43,826 bases of DNA from Tubiluchus corallicola (lineage: Eukaryota > Animalia > Priapulida). The translations under genes and the position numbers were made by a program. Below the pieces are notes generated by a model, which made no database searches, was not told the DNA's origin, and saw only the letters and a program-made list of their open reading frames with translations. The stretch is taken from contig JAQGDQ010001378.1 of NCBI GenBank assembly GCA_030141605.1, positions 1 to 43,826 of the forward strand, read 5' to 3'. Shown piece by piece: positions 1 through 12,974 of this stretch (its first letter is position 1; every line of letters begins with the position of its first letter).

Positions 1-186
1 TAATATATAATTTACTTCGTTCGGTTACGTATTGTTGTTATTACTGAGGGATAGGAAACCTGTAACAGTTATTGGTGGTTTAATTTAATTACCTTTACTA
101 TACGTAATTTAGGTTCACTAGATTTATATTTAAAAACGCGAAACATATTTGTTTGTTGGTACAGTAACCATTGTTTTCTGTTGCAG

Positions 187-3100
187 GGCAGCCATTGTTG
201 TACTGGATAGCTCAGAGAATGGGACTGTGGAGCAGCATTTCATTCAACTTTGCTGTTTTGATTAATCTTATCATAGCAATTTTCTATCCATTTGATGAAG
301 AGAAAACAAGTATGTGTGCTGTACAAGAATGACTTGAAACTGATTATTTATTAAAATGCAAACCATGGTTTGGATTGTTTGAAATAAGTGCTTTTGTAAC
401 TGATAAGTTGATTTTTGACTGCATTCTACTCAGCTTACTAGTCTGCTAGTATACTGAGCATGATACAGAGTGGTCCTTAAAAGTGATGAGCGAACCCCGG
501 GCCTCTCTGCTAATTTTGATAATTCGTCATCAGAATTGCTCGCTCAAGGGACAGAGGGTTTTAAGAGATCTCTGAGAGGTTTCTGAAGATATAGTCATGT
601 TGTAGATTTTATTAGTTCAATACATTATTTTAGTGAAGAGTATCGTCTTGTATTTTAAGGATTAATTTTCTCTCACAAAGTACTGATTTTGAGTGCCTAA
701 TGGCTTTTTTGAAGCATTTGAAATATTGAAAAGTCGCAAAACTGTGGAGGTGATTTTATTTCACTCTTCTTCTGCAGTATTACTGTAAATAAAACTGTTT
801 TCATGGGTGAGTCTGGAGTTAGTTCAGTGTGACTTTTTTATTTATTTAATGAACACTTTTCTTTTGTTGTGTAGAAACCGATGCAAAGATTTCCGGGCTC
901 ATCTGGACTGCAATGTTAGTTTCACTGGCTATAGTCATCACGTTGCCTCGCCCATCTGGAATTAGGACCCTCATTGGTTCTGTTATACTACGCATGATCT
1001 TCTCGATAGGAATTCAGCCAACTCTCTGGTTACTAGGAACACTAAATGTGAGTTAATGCAGTAAGAAATAACTGCGAAAACGGTGTATGTGTACCTGAGT
1101 GGTTTTAACATCTGGATTTCGAAACGGTTTTTATGCTGGCTGGTACAGATTTGCAGCTGTGCTTGGTCAAATGGAGGAAAAAACGTGACAAGACAGACTG
1201 TTGAAGCGATACAGTTTATTAAATAAGCCCTCTAACAGTTAACCATTTTGCTATAAGCATAAAAGGTAATCACTGCTTTTCACACGTCAGTTGTCTTGCA
1301 TTACACATGGCAAATCAGATTAGAAGAGTACTGATTATAGGGTGTATAGGGTATACTATATATTATATTATATACCTAAAATTATTTGGGTGTCTGTATA
1401 TATTATCTAACTGCAATGAGTCGCTGGTTAGCAATTATCAGTTTTCTCACAAACTGAAAATCGGATACATAATTTTGTATTTCTATGCTGAGAACTGATG
1501 TTCTGTCTTTGTTATTTTATTTGAACTAATAATTTTGTTGTTTGCAGGTGATAAATAAAGGCATACATATAGTTAGTTTGATGGGAAATCGTGGTACATT
1601 TAGTAAGAGTGTACATGCTATTGTAACCGACTTTGAATTCTTATATAACGTCGGTTACCTTGTTGTGTGCATTCTAGGACTTTGTGCTCACGAATTTTTC
1701 TATAGCTTGTTGGTAAGTAAAATAAACAAGTTATTAATGTTCACTTTCTTATTATTAATTTTTCTGTAGTTTGTTGGTAAGTAAAAAAGCAGTTGTTAAA
1801 GTCACCTATTTGAAGGTCAAGAAAATAATATTTGTTATTTGTGACTGCATTATTTATTGGTTCATTCAGTTTTTGTTTATTATGATAAATATTTTTGTTG
1901 TTGGTTATTACTACACATCATTTATTTTCAACAGATTAGTATTAATTTTTATAACAAAAAAATTGGCGAACTTTTTTGTTTCTCACTGATTGTACAAGGT
2001 TAAACATTTGCCATACTGTCTGGTTATATGAGGCAGATGATATAACATTTTTCCATGTTTCTAACCTAATATGTTTCACAACTAACTTTTTTGTAACTAC
2101 TTTTGAAAACTATTACTGTCTGCAACTATGAGTTTGCTGAGTTGTCTTTGTTTTTTCTAGTTACTGGACGTTGTCTACCGTGAAGAGACGCTGCTCAACG
2201 TCATCAAGTCTGTCACAAAGAATGGGCGGTCCATCTTGTTGACCGCTGTCCTTGCCATCATTCTCATCTACATGTTTGCTATTGTTGGTTATTTACTCTT
2301 CCAAGACGACTTTGTAATGGAAGTCGATTCCAAGCCACAGATTTCTCACGAAACAGGTAGCAGTCCTGATTTATGCTAAATAAAGCCTACATTTAGGAAG
2401 CTACTTTTAGGACCCAAATTGTACTTCATTTTCTAGAGTACTACTATGAAAACAACAAAAATGTTTAAATTTTCTTAATTATGACAAGGAAAAGTTCTTG
2501 AAGTTATGTGAAAATAATGTGGAAAAGTTCTAAAATTCACTGCATTGCTTTAATATTTTACTTCTCTGCAGCAGATAGTTCTGCAATGGCTGAGATGGCA
2601 AATACTGTCCCACCGTTACCAATGTGTGAGGCAGGAAAGAACTGTACTGAAGAAAATGCACCGTTTTCAGGTAAGTGCGCCTGGCACATTGTGTGCTGGT
2701 GCACATTCTTTGCTAATTAGTTGTAATTCTAGTACGTTCAATGCTAATCGTTGTATACCAGGCAAAGTCTGCACTGTTGTTATGTTGCTGTTTGTTTGTA
2801 GTAACTGTTAAAGGAAGCACCATTGGAAATTCAAAAAAAGGTTTCATTATTATTGACTTTCAGATTCTGTAAATCCCTGTCCGTTATGAAGCCAATTGTG
2901 CAGCAATTCCTGAAATCCTTACGTATCTCTTAATCTGCCTTTGTTCACTAAGTGATTTCACAACACTCAACAAGATTACGGGCAATAAAATAACGCGTCA
3001 AAAGTAGTTTTTCAGATATTTATTCTTATCTGTTCTGTTATAGATTTACAAGGATGACTAATAAAAATATTAAATTTAAATTGTCTCCACTGAAAATAAG

Positions 3101-5797
3101 TAATAAGGAATAAGTAAGTCATGAGGCTCCTTCTCAGTGAGAAAATAGGCAAGTCAGCATGTGAGTGAGTGAAGTGCATGAGTGAAATATTGAGTGAAGA
3201 AAAAATGCGAGTCTACAAGACCATGATAAAACCCACTTTTGTGTCGTCCAGTTTAGAGAATGACTTTCTCCACTGACACGTCTAGTGCAACCTTAAGCAC
3301 TTTCTTTCGCATCCAAATGCATTTATGATTTCTTACTTGACACGTAACCATCGGTAACCGTTTCATACAAGCACATCCCTACTGGAGATTACCCGAGCCA
3401 AAAAATGTGAAACTAAATTACCCTTGGTGCTTACTAAAGTATAATTATGTTTTTGCAATGGAGATTAATGTTTGTTTGATTCTTTACAGAAGCACTACGC
3501 GGTGCTGCAACTAGGGATACAGGCAATGATGATGATGATGACGACGACACTGAACCAGCTTGCGACACTCTATTCAAGTGCATTATCACTACAATGAACC
3601 AGGGATTGCGAAATGGTGGTGGCATCGGTGATGTCCTACGTAATCTCAGCAGCAAGGAGCCACTTTACATCCCCCGCATATTCTATGACCTGCTGTTCTT
3701 CTTTGTCATCATCATCATTGTTCTCAACTTGATCTTCGGTGTCATTATCGACACATTCGCTGATTTGAGAAGCGAGAAACAAGAGAAAGAAGAGATCCTA
3801 AAGAACACGTGTTTTATATGCGGTACAGTCTCGTAATTTTTCCTTATTCATTAGACAAATTAACTTACTAGGTAGTTTACTTAACTGAAGGCATCACAAG
3901 TTTGTTAGATTGGATCCTGTTTCTACCTCTTTTATTCCTACTTTCACCTTGTGACAAAAAGGAATGGCTATTATGTAGTTGAAAGTTGTTAGTCATTATT
4001 GGTAAGGCTGCATAGGAAGACTAAAAAACTGCCTGAATAAAGGAAAACCGGACGATTAATTATACTCGAACCCATTTTAATTTACTGTCCAAAATATATA
4101 ATTTCTTGCTTATAAATGTTAGCAACTGTTTCTAACATTTAAATAAGTCGGAAAGTTAATTAATGACAACCGAACACAGCCAAACTAACCGCAGTTTGTG
4201 CAATGGTAGGTATCTTCCCTGTGCATCAAGCATGTTTGCGTAAGTGAAGATTGCTATAAGATGCTGATGTGATATCACAAAAATGAGTTGTATTTCACAC
4301 TGATGTCACAGGAGAACACTGCAATTCATGATCATACTTGTCACGGTGCAGCGCCTATTTGTCAGCTGCATTTGGTGACCAAAAGGCGCCATTGCCAGTA
4401 CTCGCTGAGCAGTGCGTACCTTTAAAAGTTTAACAAAATTTAAGTATCCGAGGTAATTATTATTTAGTCTAAGCTTTCATTTAAAAAATGCTATTGGAGT
4501 TTTCAATATTGTTGAGGTAATTTATTTTGAACTAGTGCTTACACAGTCGTCCAGCTTTTACTGCATGTTGTCATTTTATTTCAATGTTTTAGGACTGGAA
4601 CGTGCTGCATTCGACAACAAAGCGCTGACATTCGAGGACCATTGTAAACACGAGCACAACATGTGGCATTACTTGTTCTTCATCGTTTTAATCAAAGTCA
4701 AAGACAAGACAGAGTTTACAGGTCCAGAGAGCTATGTGTACACCATGATAAAGGTATGCATGGACACTTTGCATTGCAGGAAAATGCTCTATAGCTCATG
4801 TTCATGTCATCTCTGGCTGTTATTATGAAGTTGGTATTTTTCCCTGATATTATTTCACATGCTTACAAACTTATGTAATATTATTGTACAATTATATTAC
4901 TGTACATCACTTAAACAATTATATTATTGTACACTAATTAGTTTACTCTAACACCTGTAATTTTTTTTGGCTCAATGTTTGATACTGTAAGAACTCGTTC
5001 CAATTGTTCCAGAAACAATTTTTGTCAGTCACTTGCGCTACTGAAAAACTCAGTAGTCACATTTCAAATAAGCACTTTATAAAAAGCCATTCAAATTAAT
5101 AATATCAAAAAGAATTTCGCTGTTTTTTACTGCTCATTACAAACATCTGTAATTAATTATTATAGAATGGCAACTTGGATTGGTTTCCACGGATGCGGGC
5201 AATGTCCCTGCTCCAAGAAGATGAAGACAGCAATCAGAATGACATCAGAATATTGCAAGAACAGCTGCTAGAGACGACTAAACTGGTCGTAACTCTTTCC
5301 TCTCAACTCTCAGAGCTCAAAGAACAGGTGAGCAGGTTGGATTACTACATAATGTGTCGGAAAGTGTTAGTTTTGACTTTCATATTGGAATTAGTAAGAA
5401 ACCACTTGTTCAACTTAAGTTTGTTCGTAGCATTGATTGATTATTGTATTTTTAAACAAATATCCAAAAAAATTAACAATTTCAAATAAAAATTGTTTCT
5501 GCTTCATTTATCATGTTTTTATTTTGAAAATTTTCTTAGGTCTTTGCAGTTTCGGTGTTTGTGGTATTTTCGTCATTGGTAATAAATCAATAAATCTATT
5601 GAAAATAAAAGCTTGTGTCTAATAAAGAAATGACTAAAACAATTACTAATCGATGTTACACGAATTTGTAAATATCGTTATTTAGATATCCTCTCATTCC
5701 CTATTCTATTTTGTAGATGACTGAACAAAGAAAGAATAGGCAAAGGCAGGGTCTGATGGGCAGCCCTGCTATTCTACAATCACCATTCTCCGCATAA
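187..5797 (+). CDS. ITPR: Inositol 1,4,5-trisphosphate receptor, 3' part (TM domain, pore, C-terminal tail); 5' end lies outside the window
   Basis: GT-AG exons with consistent phase: 187-309, 875-1047, 1548-1712, 2161-2356, 2572-2670, 3490-3822, 4593-4753, 5166-5327, 5717-5797 (TAA). Translation gives the ITPR hallmarks [44 protein letters not shown], selectivity filter [63 protein letters not shown] and C-terminal [10 protein letters not shown]. Confidence 0.97.
2812..3435. mobile_element. Possible old Kolobok-like non-autonomous element in an ITPR intron
   Basis: TTAA|AGGAAGCACCA ... TGGTGCTTACT (10/11 inverted match). The right-hand TTAA is not intact. Confidence 0.3.
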
Positions 5798-8694
5798 GTT
5801 TTACTGGTGACTCACGATCAAAAGCAACACTGTGATCCTTCGCGTGTCTGTGCAAGGTGCCATCTATGGGAAAAAATATAAACTTTTTTCTAGGGTAAAA
5901 GTTTGACTGAAACTGTTATACCAACATTTAAGTTTTTTTGTGTTAAGGAATCTGAGTGAAAGTAGTTCTTTGAGCAGTTCCTGAGCACAGTCCTCATTTC
6001 ATTTTTAACTGTTAATGTAACTAGTAGTTAGCATCTAAAACCAGCTGCTGTCTGTTTTTGAAAAACTAACTGTGCTGTTATGTTAGTGGTAGGATTTAAT
6101 TTAAATAGTCTTATTATCTGTTAGGAAATTGGACATGCGCTTCACAATTGTTACAATTGTGATCAATCAGCAAGTGGATTTCTTTGTATGACTTCTAACC
6201 TGGTATACATTAATTTTATGCCATTAATCGCTAATCAGTAATCATGCTAATCTGACTTTATCCAATTGTTATCTTGTTCCACATCATTTCTACAAGGCGC
6301 CAAATCCCCAGTGCCATCTAGCGGGCAACTTAGACACCGCATTTGTTGTTCAAACTATTTTACTTGTTATTGTTATTGTTGTATATAGCGTTGAATTGTT
6401 GAGAATCTATTATTAACTTGTATAATAGTGGTGTGAGACATTTACGATCAACTTTCAATCATGTCTAACAATTTGTATTGTAGTCGGGATAAGTGAATTA
6501 TGTATGGGTGTGATGTTACAAATGGTTTATGGGATTTTAGGTAAAGTTTGTATTGCTTAAGAATATTTTTCCTCTTATCTATGTTTAGTGCAAATTAAGA
6601 AACTATGTAACAATTTGTTAAATCCTAATTTGGTATATGTTAGCATAATTGATGTAATTTTGTTCTTTTGAGTCATCGTCAGTTTGTCATCCCTAGAGTA
6701 TATGCACTATGCACAATAAGCTTGTGCATCACAAATCTCAAATATTATACTACAGTTCACAAATCAAATAGAGTAATGCCATTTTATCTTGAATGTGGTT
6801 GTTACCATGCATTTGTGGTGTGGTGGTTAAAGTGCATTTAATAACGGTAGCTAATCGAATTATGTTTTTTCTGCATAGTCTCTGTTGCTTGCAGAAGCTT
6901 TCGTGAAGCCATTAAGCTCTGATTTTATTATTCAAGGCTGGTTCACACATTTGGCCAGTATATCTAAGATGCATGAAATGCTTTGCAACATAATGCTTTT
7001 GCTTAGCCATCTGTGCAAAATACACATACATATATACATGTACATGTAAATCATTTTGGATTTTAGCTCTAGAGGAGTGAAAGATTAATTGAGCTTGTCC
7101 AATACTGCAAGAGATCAGAGTGCAGGAAGAAGTGTTGAAATTAAATTGTAAACTAGAATCTACAATTATTAAATTAACTTTTTGTAGATTTATGTGTAAC
7201 TGGTCTTACTTTTTTTCTAATAAAAAAAACGTCACTATGATGCTATCTTCATACTTTCTGTTTCAACATATTATCTTGATGTGCTTACACTGTTACACAG
7301 GCAACATGATGATTGCATACAAATACATTGAGGTTAACTGCTTTTCAGTCCAGTGCTACATTTACTTTGCATGCTGGATTGCCAGGTCTTTTTCAATTTT
7401 TGTCATATTTTTGCTTGGCTACCAGATCACTTTTTAGTTGAACCGGTTCTCTCTCTCTCAGTACCGTGTATGTTGAAAGATGAAGCGTAGCACGCCGGAG
7501 ACAAAAATATGACAGAGTAATGTAGGTTCCTATCTCCATGACCTGATTGTGCTACCGGTAGTAAACAGCACAGAATGCAGAAGACTGATGTACATTTACT
7601 TTTTTGCCATATGATTACTACATAGCATTTTAGATAGTATTCCATTCATTACTTTAATCCTTATCAATAATTGTTATAGACTAAGTTTGCATTATTGTCA
7701 TCAGCAAGAGCAATCTTGCTAATACATAACTCTGGGGCCACCACGAGAATCCTCGCTGCCAAAAGAATTATTATTGTCAACAATTAATTTGTTTCACTCA
7801 AATCACTCACTACAATATTACGTTTCATCAAATTACAATGCATCATTAAGTTTGTTCATAGCAATAGAACGATTGACTGTATAAGCTAATCACAGGTTCT
7901 GTTATAATATTAACGTGTGGCTATTATTATAGGCTGTGCGTTATTCTGGCACGAATCCAGGACTTACCCAGAAGGCTTTTAGCAAGCTTATTTTGTGCTG
8001 GCAAAGTTATTTACTCATTCTTGCGAGCGACCCTGGAAACCGCATATTTTTAAGCCCTAGCAAAACTTGAAGCTTGGCCTCAAGTACTCGGCTAGAAGGT
8101 TCAAGGCGTAGTAATTTAGACTGGAAAATAACATCCAAAAACAAAATGCTTAAAATACATGAAAATAAACACTTGTTCCGCACGGTACTTGAGCGCTAGA
8201 AAAATATATAAACAGCAAAAAGTGGGGCAAGTGAACAATACCACAGCCACAGGCACTGACTTTTTAACTCAGTGGTCTAGCCTTTACACTGTCTATGAGT
8301 GACCAATCTCTAGTTTATACTGCTTTTTTAAACGAAACACCCAGCAAACACTATACACAAGTCAAGTCTGGTTAAAAATAGATGTTGTCTGATCTCTAGT
8401 CTCACTTTAAGCATGTAAATGGCAGTTAGCTCGATGCAACAATATTTTTGACGTCAAATTATGTTCACTGACTTGACCATTCAGTTCTGATTATTTATGT
8501 TTTGCGCCACAAATCGCTTCAAATACGTAGCATTGTTGTGGGAGTCCCCGTCCACTGCCTGACAACCTCGTAACTCTTTAGAACACTGAAGGTTTTTTTT
8601 AAAAAAAATTTTCGTGAGTACGATCGTGTAAAACGGAAGCAACTATATATAGTGCAACTCACTTGGCTCATAAAAACACTGCTGCTGAGCTTAA

Positions 8695-9101
8695 CCCTTT
8701 CATAATTGTTTTTTAATAAGAAAAATTTTTTGTGACGCATATGTCTCTTGTTTACTTTTTTCTACTGTGCCCTCGTGCCCACGGGATACATTGGGATTCA
8801 ATGGAAGCATAAAATGTGCTTCATTTTGCAACTGCTAATAATTTTCTAAAGTATTTAAGACATTTAGTATGCATGCTATGCTGATCAGTACAAAGTCGTC
8901 TCTAAAGTACTGTACCTTGCGCAGTTTTTTATGCTATGTAGATTTTCTAGTTTGCCATTTTATCACCATTTTAGTCTATTGTTATTGGCTGAAACCGAAA
9001 TAACGATTAACAGATCAAAAAACTGTCAGTTTTAAAATTTTGTTAATTTAAAAGGCAGAAAATATTCTCGTATCCCACGGGATACAACGGGTATGAAAGG
9101 G
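8695..9101. mobile_element. Non-autonomous piggyBac-like element (407 bp)
   Basis: TTAA|CCCTTTCATA ... TATGAAAGGG|TTAA: TTAA target duplication, CCC/GGG termini, perfect 10-bp TIR, and a CCCACGGGATACA motif near both ends. Confidence 0.8.
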
Positions 9102-11322
9102 TTAAAGCATGCATAGTTTATTTTTGGTACGAATAGTTTTTTGTGACGCACATTTCTCTTATTTACTGTTTACTAGATATTTTTGAAATAAAATGCTGTC
9201 ATATTTAACAAAATGCTCATGCGACTTGCTTTGTTTGCTTCTGCTTGCTTTGTTTAAAAGCTACGCATAAAATGCTGAATTAAGGCGAAAAACCTGAAAG
9301 TGCCAAGTCAACTGATTGGTTTTAATTCTTATATCATATTAACTGATGCACATGTTTAATTTAATGAAACCACGATTCTTAAAAAAATATTGTGATAGTT
9401 AGGGAACTGTAGCGAGTCATTAAAATTAAATATAAAGAATAGGTTAAATTTTATTTTAACTTTTACTGGTGCCCAAATGTCCACGTGACATAATATTTGT
9501 GTCACGTGCCCAAGTGTTATGTACCCTGCATGGATACGCCAGTGTCCACACTGCAAGAGAGCATCTAAAGCTGGAAACAAATCTGCAAATGCTTTACGTC
9601 AGTGATTACTAGTTCGTATTACTATCAATCAAGTGAGGTACATTTTATCTGTCCAGGCATAAATGTCAAGCAACGTGCATCTAATCAGCTACTGCTGATG
9701 TGAACAAGGCTGAGCAAATAAACCTGTATTATCTTGGCAAGCATTTAAAGTGCACGACTACATGAATGTTCATCAGACTGTAACATACACTACGTTCAGG
9801 TATCAGTTTTCATACTTTAATATATTATTTAAGTGCCAATGTACTACTTCGCCATATTATGGACTACTTTGAATAACAGCGGCTACTGTAATAGTGGTTA
9901 TAATGCAGCTGTGATCTGTATGAATAGTGTTATTGAGTACCACATACCCACACAAAAGCTGAAGGCTAACTTTCAATAAATCAATAAAAACCAACGTCTG
10001 AATAAGAACTAATCCACTAGTAATAACAGACGTATTTAGTACATGTAGTTTACATTGAAGTAATATATCCAAGCGGAAAAATAATTGCCAAAAAATTGAA
10101 AATGACGCAATAAAGACATACCAATACTGTAATATTATAATTAATGTATTCTGACCCTATGATGCTTTGTGCATGATACTAACAAATGGAAGTGGTACAG
10201 TGAAAATTAAGACTGCATAGACTAAACAAAAGGAAAATGTGTAATAACGAAACGTCTTTATTAATACTGCTAATTAATAATGCTGTAATTCACTGCTGAG
10301 ACCTTAGTGAGGTGAGTAAACAGTTGACATTTCAGAAATCACCTGTGTGAAACACAGCACCTGCCTAGTGACATTAAAGCTTCACATTTATAGATGATTG
10401 ATTTCATTGATTTTAATGAAAAAGACAGGAAACGTTTTTAGTCAAATACAAGCTGTTTACTATCATCAAGCAAAAAATGTTATGTTAACAAAAAGCAAGT
10501 AAACTGAAAAATAATCTACAACAAACTTTAATTTATAAATTAAAAATTTTGAAATCTTGCAGTCAATAAATGGATAAACAAATTCAACACTTTTCCAAAC
10601 GATTAGATGAACAGATTTCATCGAACACTCATATCTTCAGTGTAGATTCTTTCAGTAATTCCAGCCATATCACAGCAAGTGATGCAAATTAATAATTAAT
10701 GATGAAAGACTTAAACATCTCTGACATCTCTTCGTCTTTCTGCAAAATATGATAAACACAGTGCATTAGGGCAATTAAAAAAAATAAAAAATTGCTGCTA
10801 TGAAACTTATAAATAACAATAAACCCTCAAGTAAATTTAAATTTGTCTACGATAATTTAAATGCTCTTCAGAAATTCAAATATTATTCAATTTAACCAAA
10901 CTGCAAAACGCTTCAGACCAAGCGTGGCATCCGGCATAACTGAAAAAAATTTAACTTCCTGTTTTAGAAAAGTCTATACTGACTATACTCTAAAATCAAG
11001 TGCTTGACAAGCAGTCGCTAAGCCCATGTACGTGATGAGACTAGCTGTTCGTAATCAAGGCCTACTGCCTATAATTACACATCATTATTACAAAAAATTC
11101 TTCTTACAATCTGCAAAACTGTTGATACCAACACCAGCAATTAAGTTTTGACCACTAAATTTTTTTATAACCATATTTTTATTATTGTAGAACAAAAATA
11201 AACGTTTGGCCACAGTTACCACTGATAAAGAGGCCTCAGGAAGACGAAATAGTATACAGGTGGGTTTTGATTACTAAATTGCAAATGACCTTTAACCTCA
11301 ATTCAATTGACAGCTTGATTCG

Positions 11323-11533
11323 TTTCTCAACAAACTTTCATAGCAAGGTTGACCTTTGACCTTTAACATCCTGTCAAAGGTCAACAAATGTACTCACTGT
11401 ACAACAAGTGTACAGGGGGGGACTCAGTATTATTCCCCCTTTGCAACTTTCTCAACAAACTTTCATAGCAAAGTTAACCTTTGACTTTTAAAGTCCTGCC
11501 CAAGGTCAACAACTGAATCAGTATTATTCCCCC
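11323..11533. repeat. Two-copy direct repeat (125-bp offset) with TGACCTTTGACCT motif
   Basis: TTTCTCAACAAACTTTCATAGCAA(G/A)GTT(G/A)ACCTTTGAC...AAGGTCAACAA...TCAGTATTATTCCCCC starts at 11323 and 11448; the second copy has an internal deletion. Confidence 0.8.
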
Positions 11534-12866
11534 ATTGTTTAAATAAAAGCTGCACAGTAATAATTGTGGCTACCCATTCCTGATACCATTAAGTATTAAG
11601 CTAAAATTTTAATAAAAATATCATGACTTTTCCTCGAGGCTCTGCTTAAAAACACAGTAATTAGCTTAAAGTTAGTTTCAAAATAATATTAGTGGACGGT
11701 GACAAAGATATAAAAAGTGGCAGAATATCATCATTATAGTGCATTATGTTGCGACATCTACTGACACGGTATGAGAAATGTTATATTATTGACGCTTTTT
11801 TAAAGTCACCAATTGGAAATCACGGAAAATCTAAAGGGAAACAATGGACAATGGTCGAATCCCAGCTTTAACGATTCAACCAAAACAACGTACTTTCTCT
11901 AGTTTTCTGTGTTATCCGCTATAGTACTAATTACTGATTGCCAAAATGTTAAATAGTAAAAGAAATTTTAATGGCAATTAGCACAACTCCCTTACAAAAA
12001 ATACTTCAACGTTTCTTATGAAGCTATATATAGAGTTTAAAATAACGCAACTCAGTCGCCCACGTTATTGCAATGGATTGCTCAACGTACAGTACGTATT
12101 CATTCATTGAAAGCGGCTGCCAAGCCTACTCCATACCTTGATCAATAATACGTGTACACTAGAAACTTCCAACTTCAGTCTTATAAACTTCGGCACAACT
12201 ATTACACAGGTCTCGAAAAATGTACCGTAGAAAGTTATTGAGCAAAGTTAATAAAAGCTTAGTCTTAATGATGAATTTAAAAAAATATTAAACAAGAAGA
12301 GCTATTATTAGGTACAAGAACGTTTTGTGGAGTTTAGCATAGTCTGGAAGCATTCATTTGACTCAAGCACATGCTTGCAACTGTTTGAATGTATTTTTAC
12401 CTGTCACAAAACCTTTTTATAAAATTATTACTACTCTGTAAAAAAATTACTAATACAATGCTTGAGCTATACAATAGTACTGATTCGCATTTCGCAATCA
12501 ACCAAAAACCGAAAGATGAAATAACTTCAAGACTTTAACGCAATGTAAGTGAAATTTGACAGGATTAAGGTTCTTCAATCTCAAGGCAGTAATTTGGAAA
12601 GCTCAATGGCTAAAGTGGAATGGATGAACTCACTTATTTAAGAAACATATTTTGGCCACGTTTTGGAGAATGAACCACAATCCAGACAAGAAATCAGATC
12701 AGAGTTTTAGCCTAGTTTTTTTGGAGATCACACAGGGTCAAAATAATTCTTTAACAGTTTGAGATTTGGGGTTAAATTTGACCAAAATTTTTCATAACAA
12801 ATTTGACCATAACAAAGTACTTCCTCTCACGTAACAGAGATAAAAGACATATCAAATAAACATTAC

Positions 12867-12974
12867 GGGCCGGTTTCACAAAGCTGTTACTGAGTTAACG
12901 ACGTCGTTATTACATTTACTTGACTATTAATAACAACGTCGTTAAGTTAGTGACAGCGTTGTGAAACTGGGCCC
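12867..12974. mobile_element. Palindromic MITE, PIF/Harbinger-like termini (108 bp)
   Basis: About 46-bp imperfect inverted arms GGGCCGGTTTCACAAAGCTGTTACTGAGTTAACGACGTCGTTATTA / TAATAACAACGTCGTTAAGTTAGTGACAGCGTTGTGAAACTGGGCCC. No clean TSD, so the superfamily is tentative. Confidence 0.65.
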
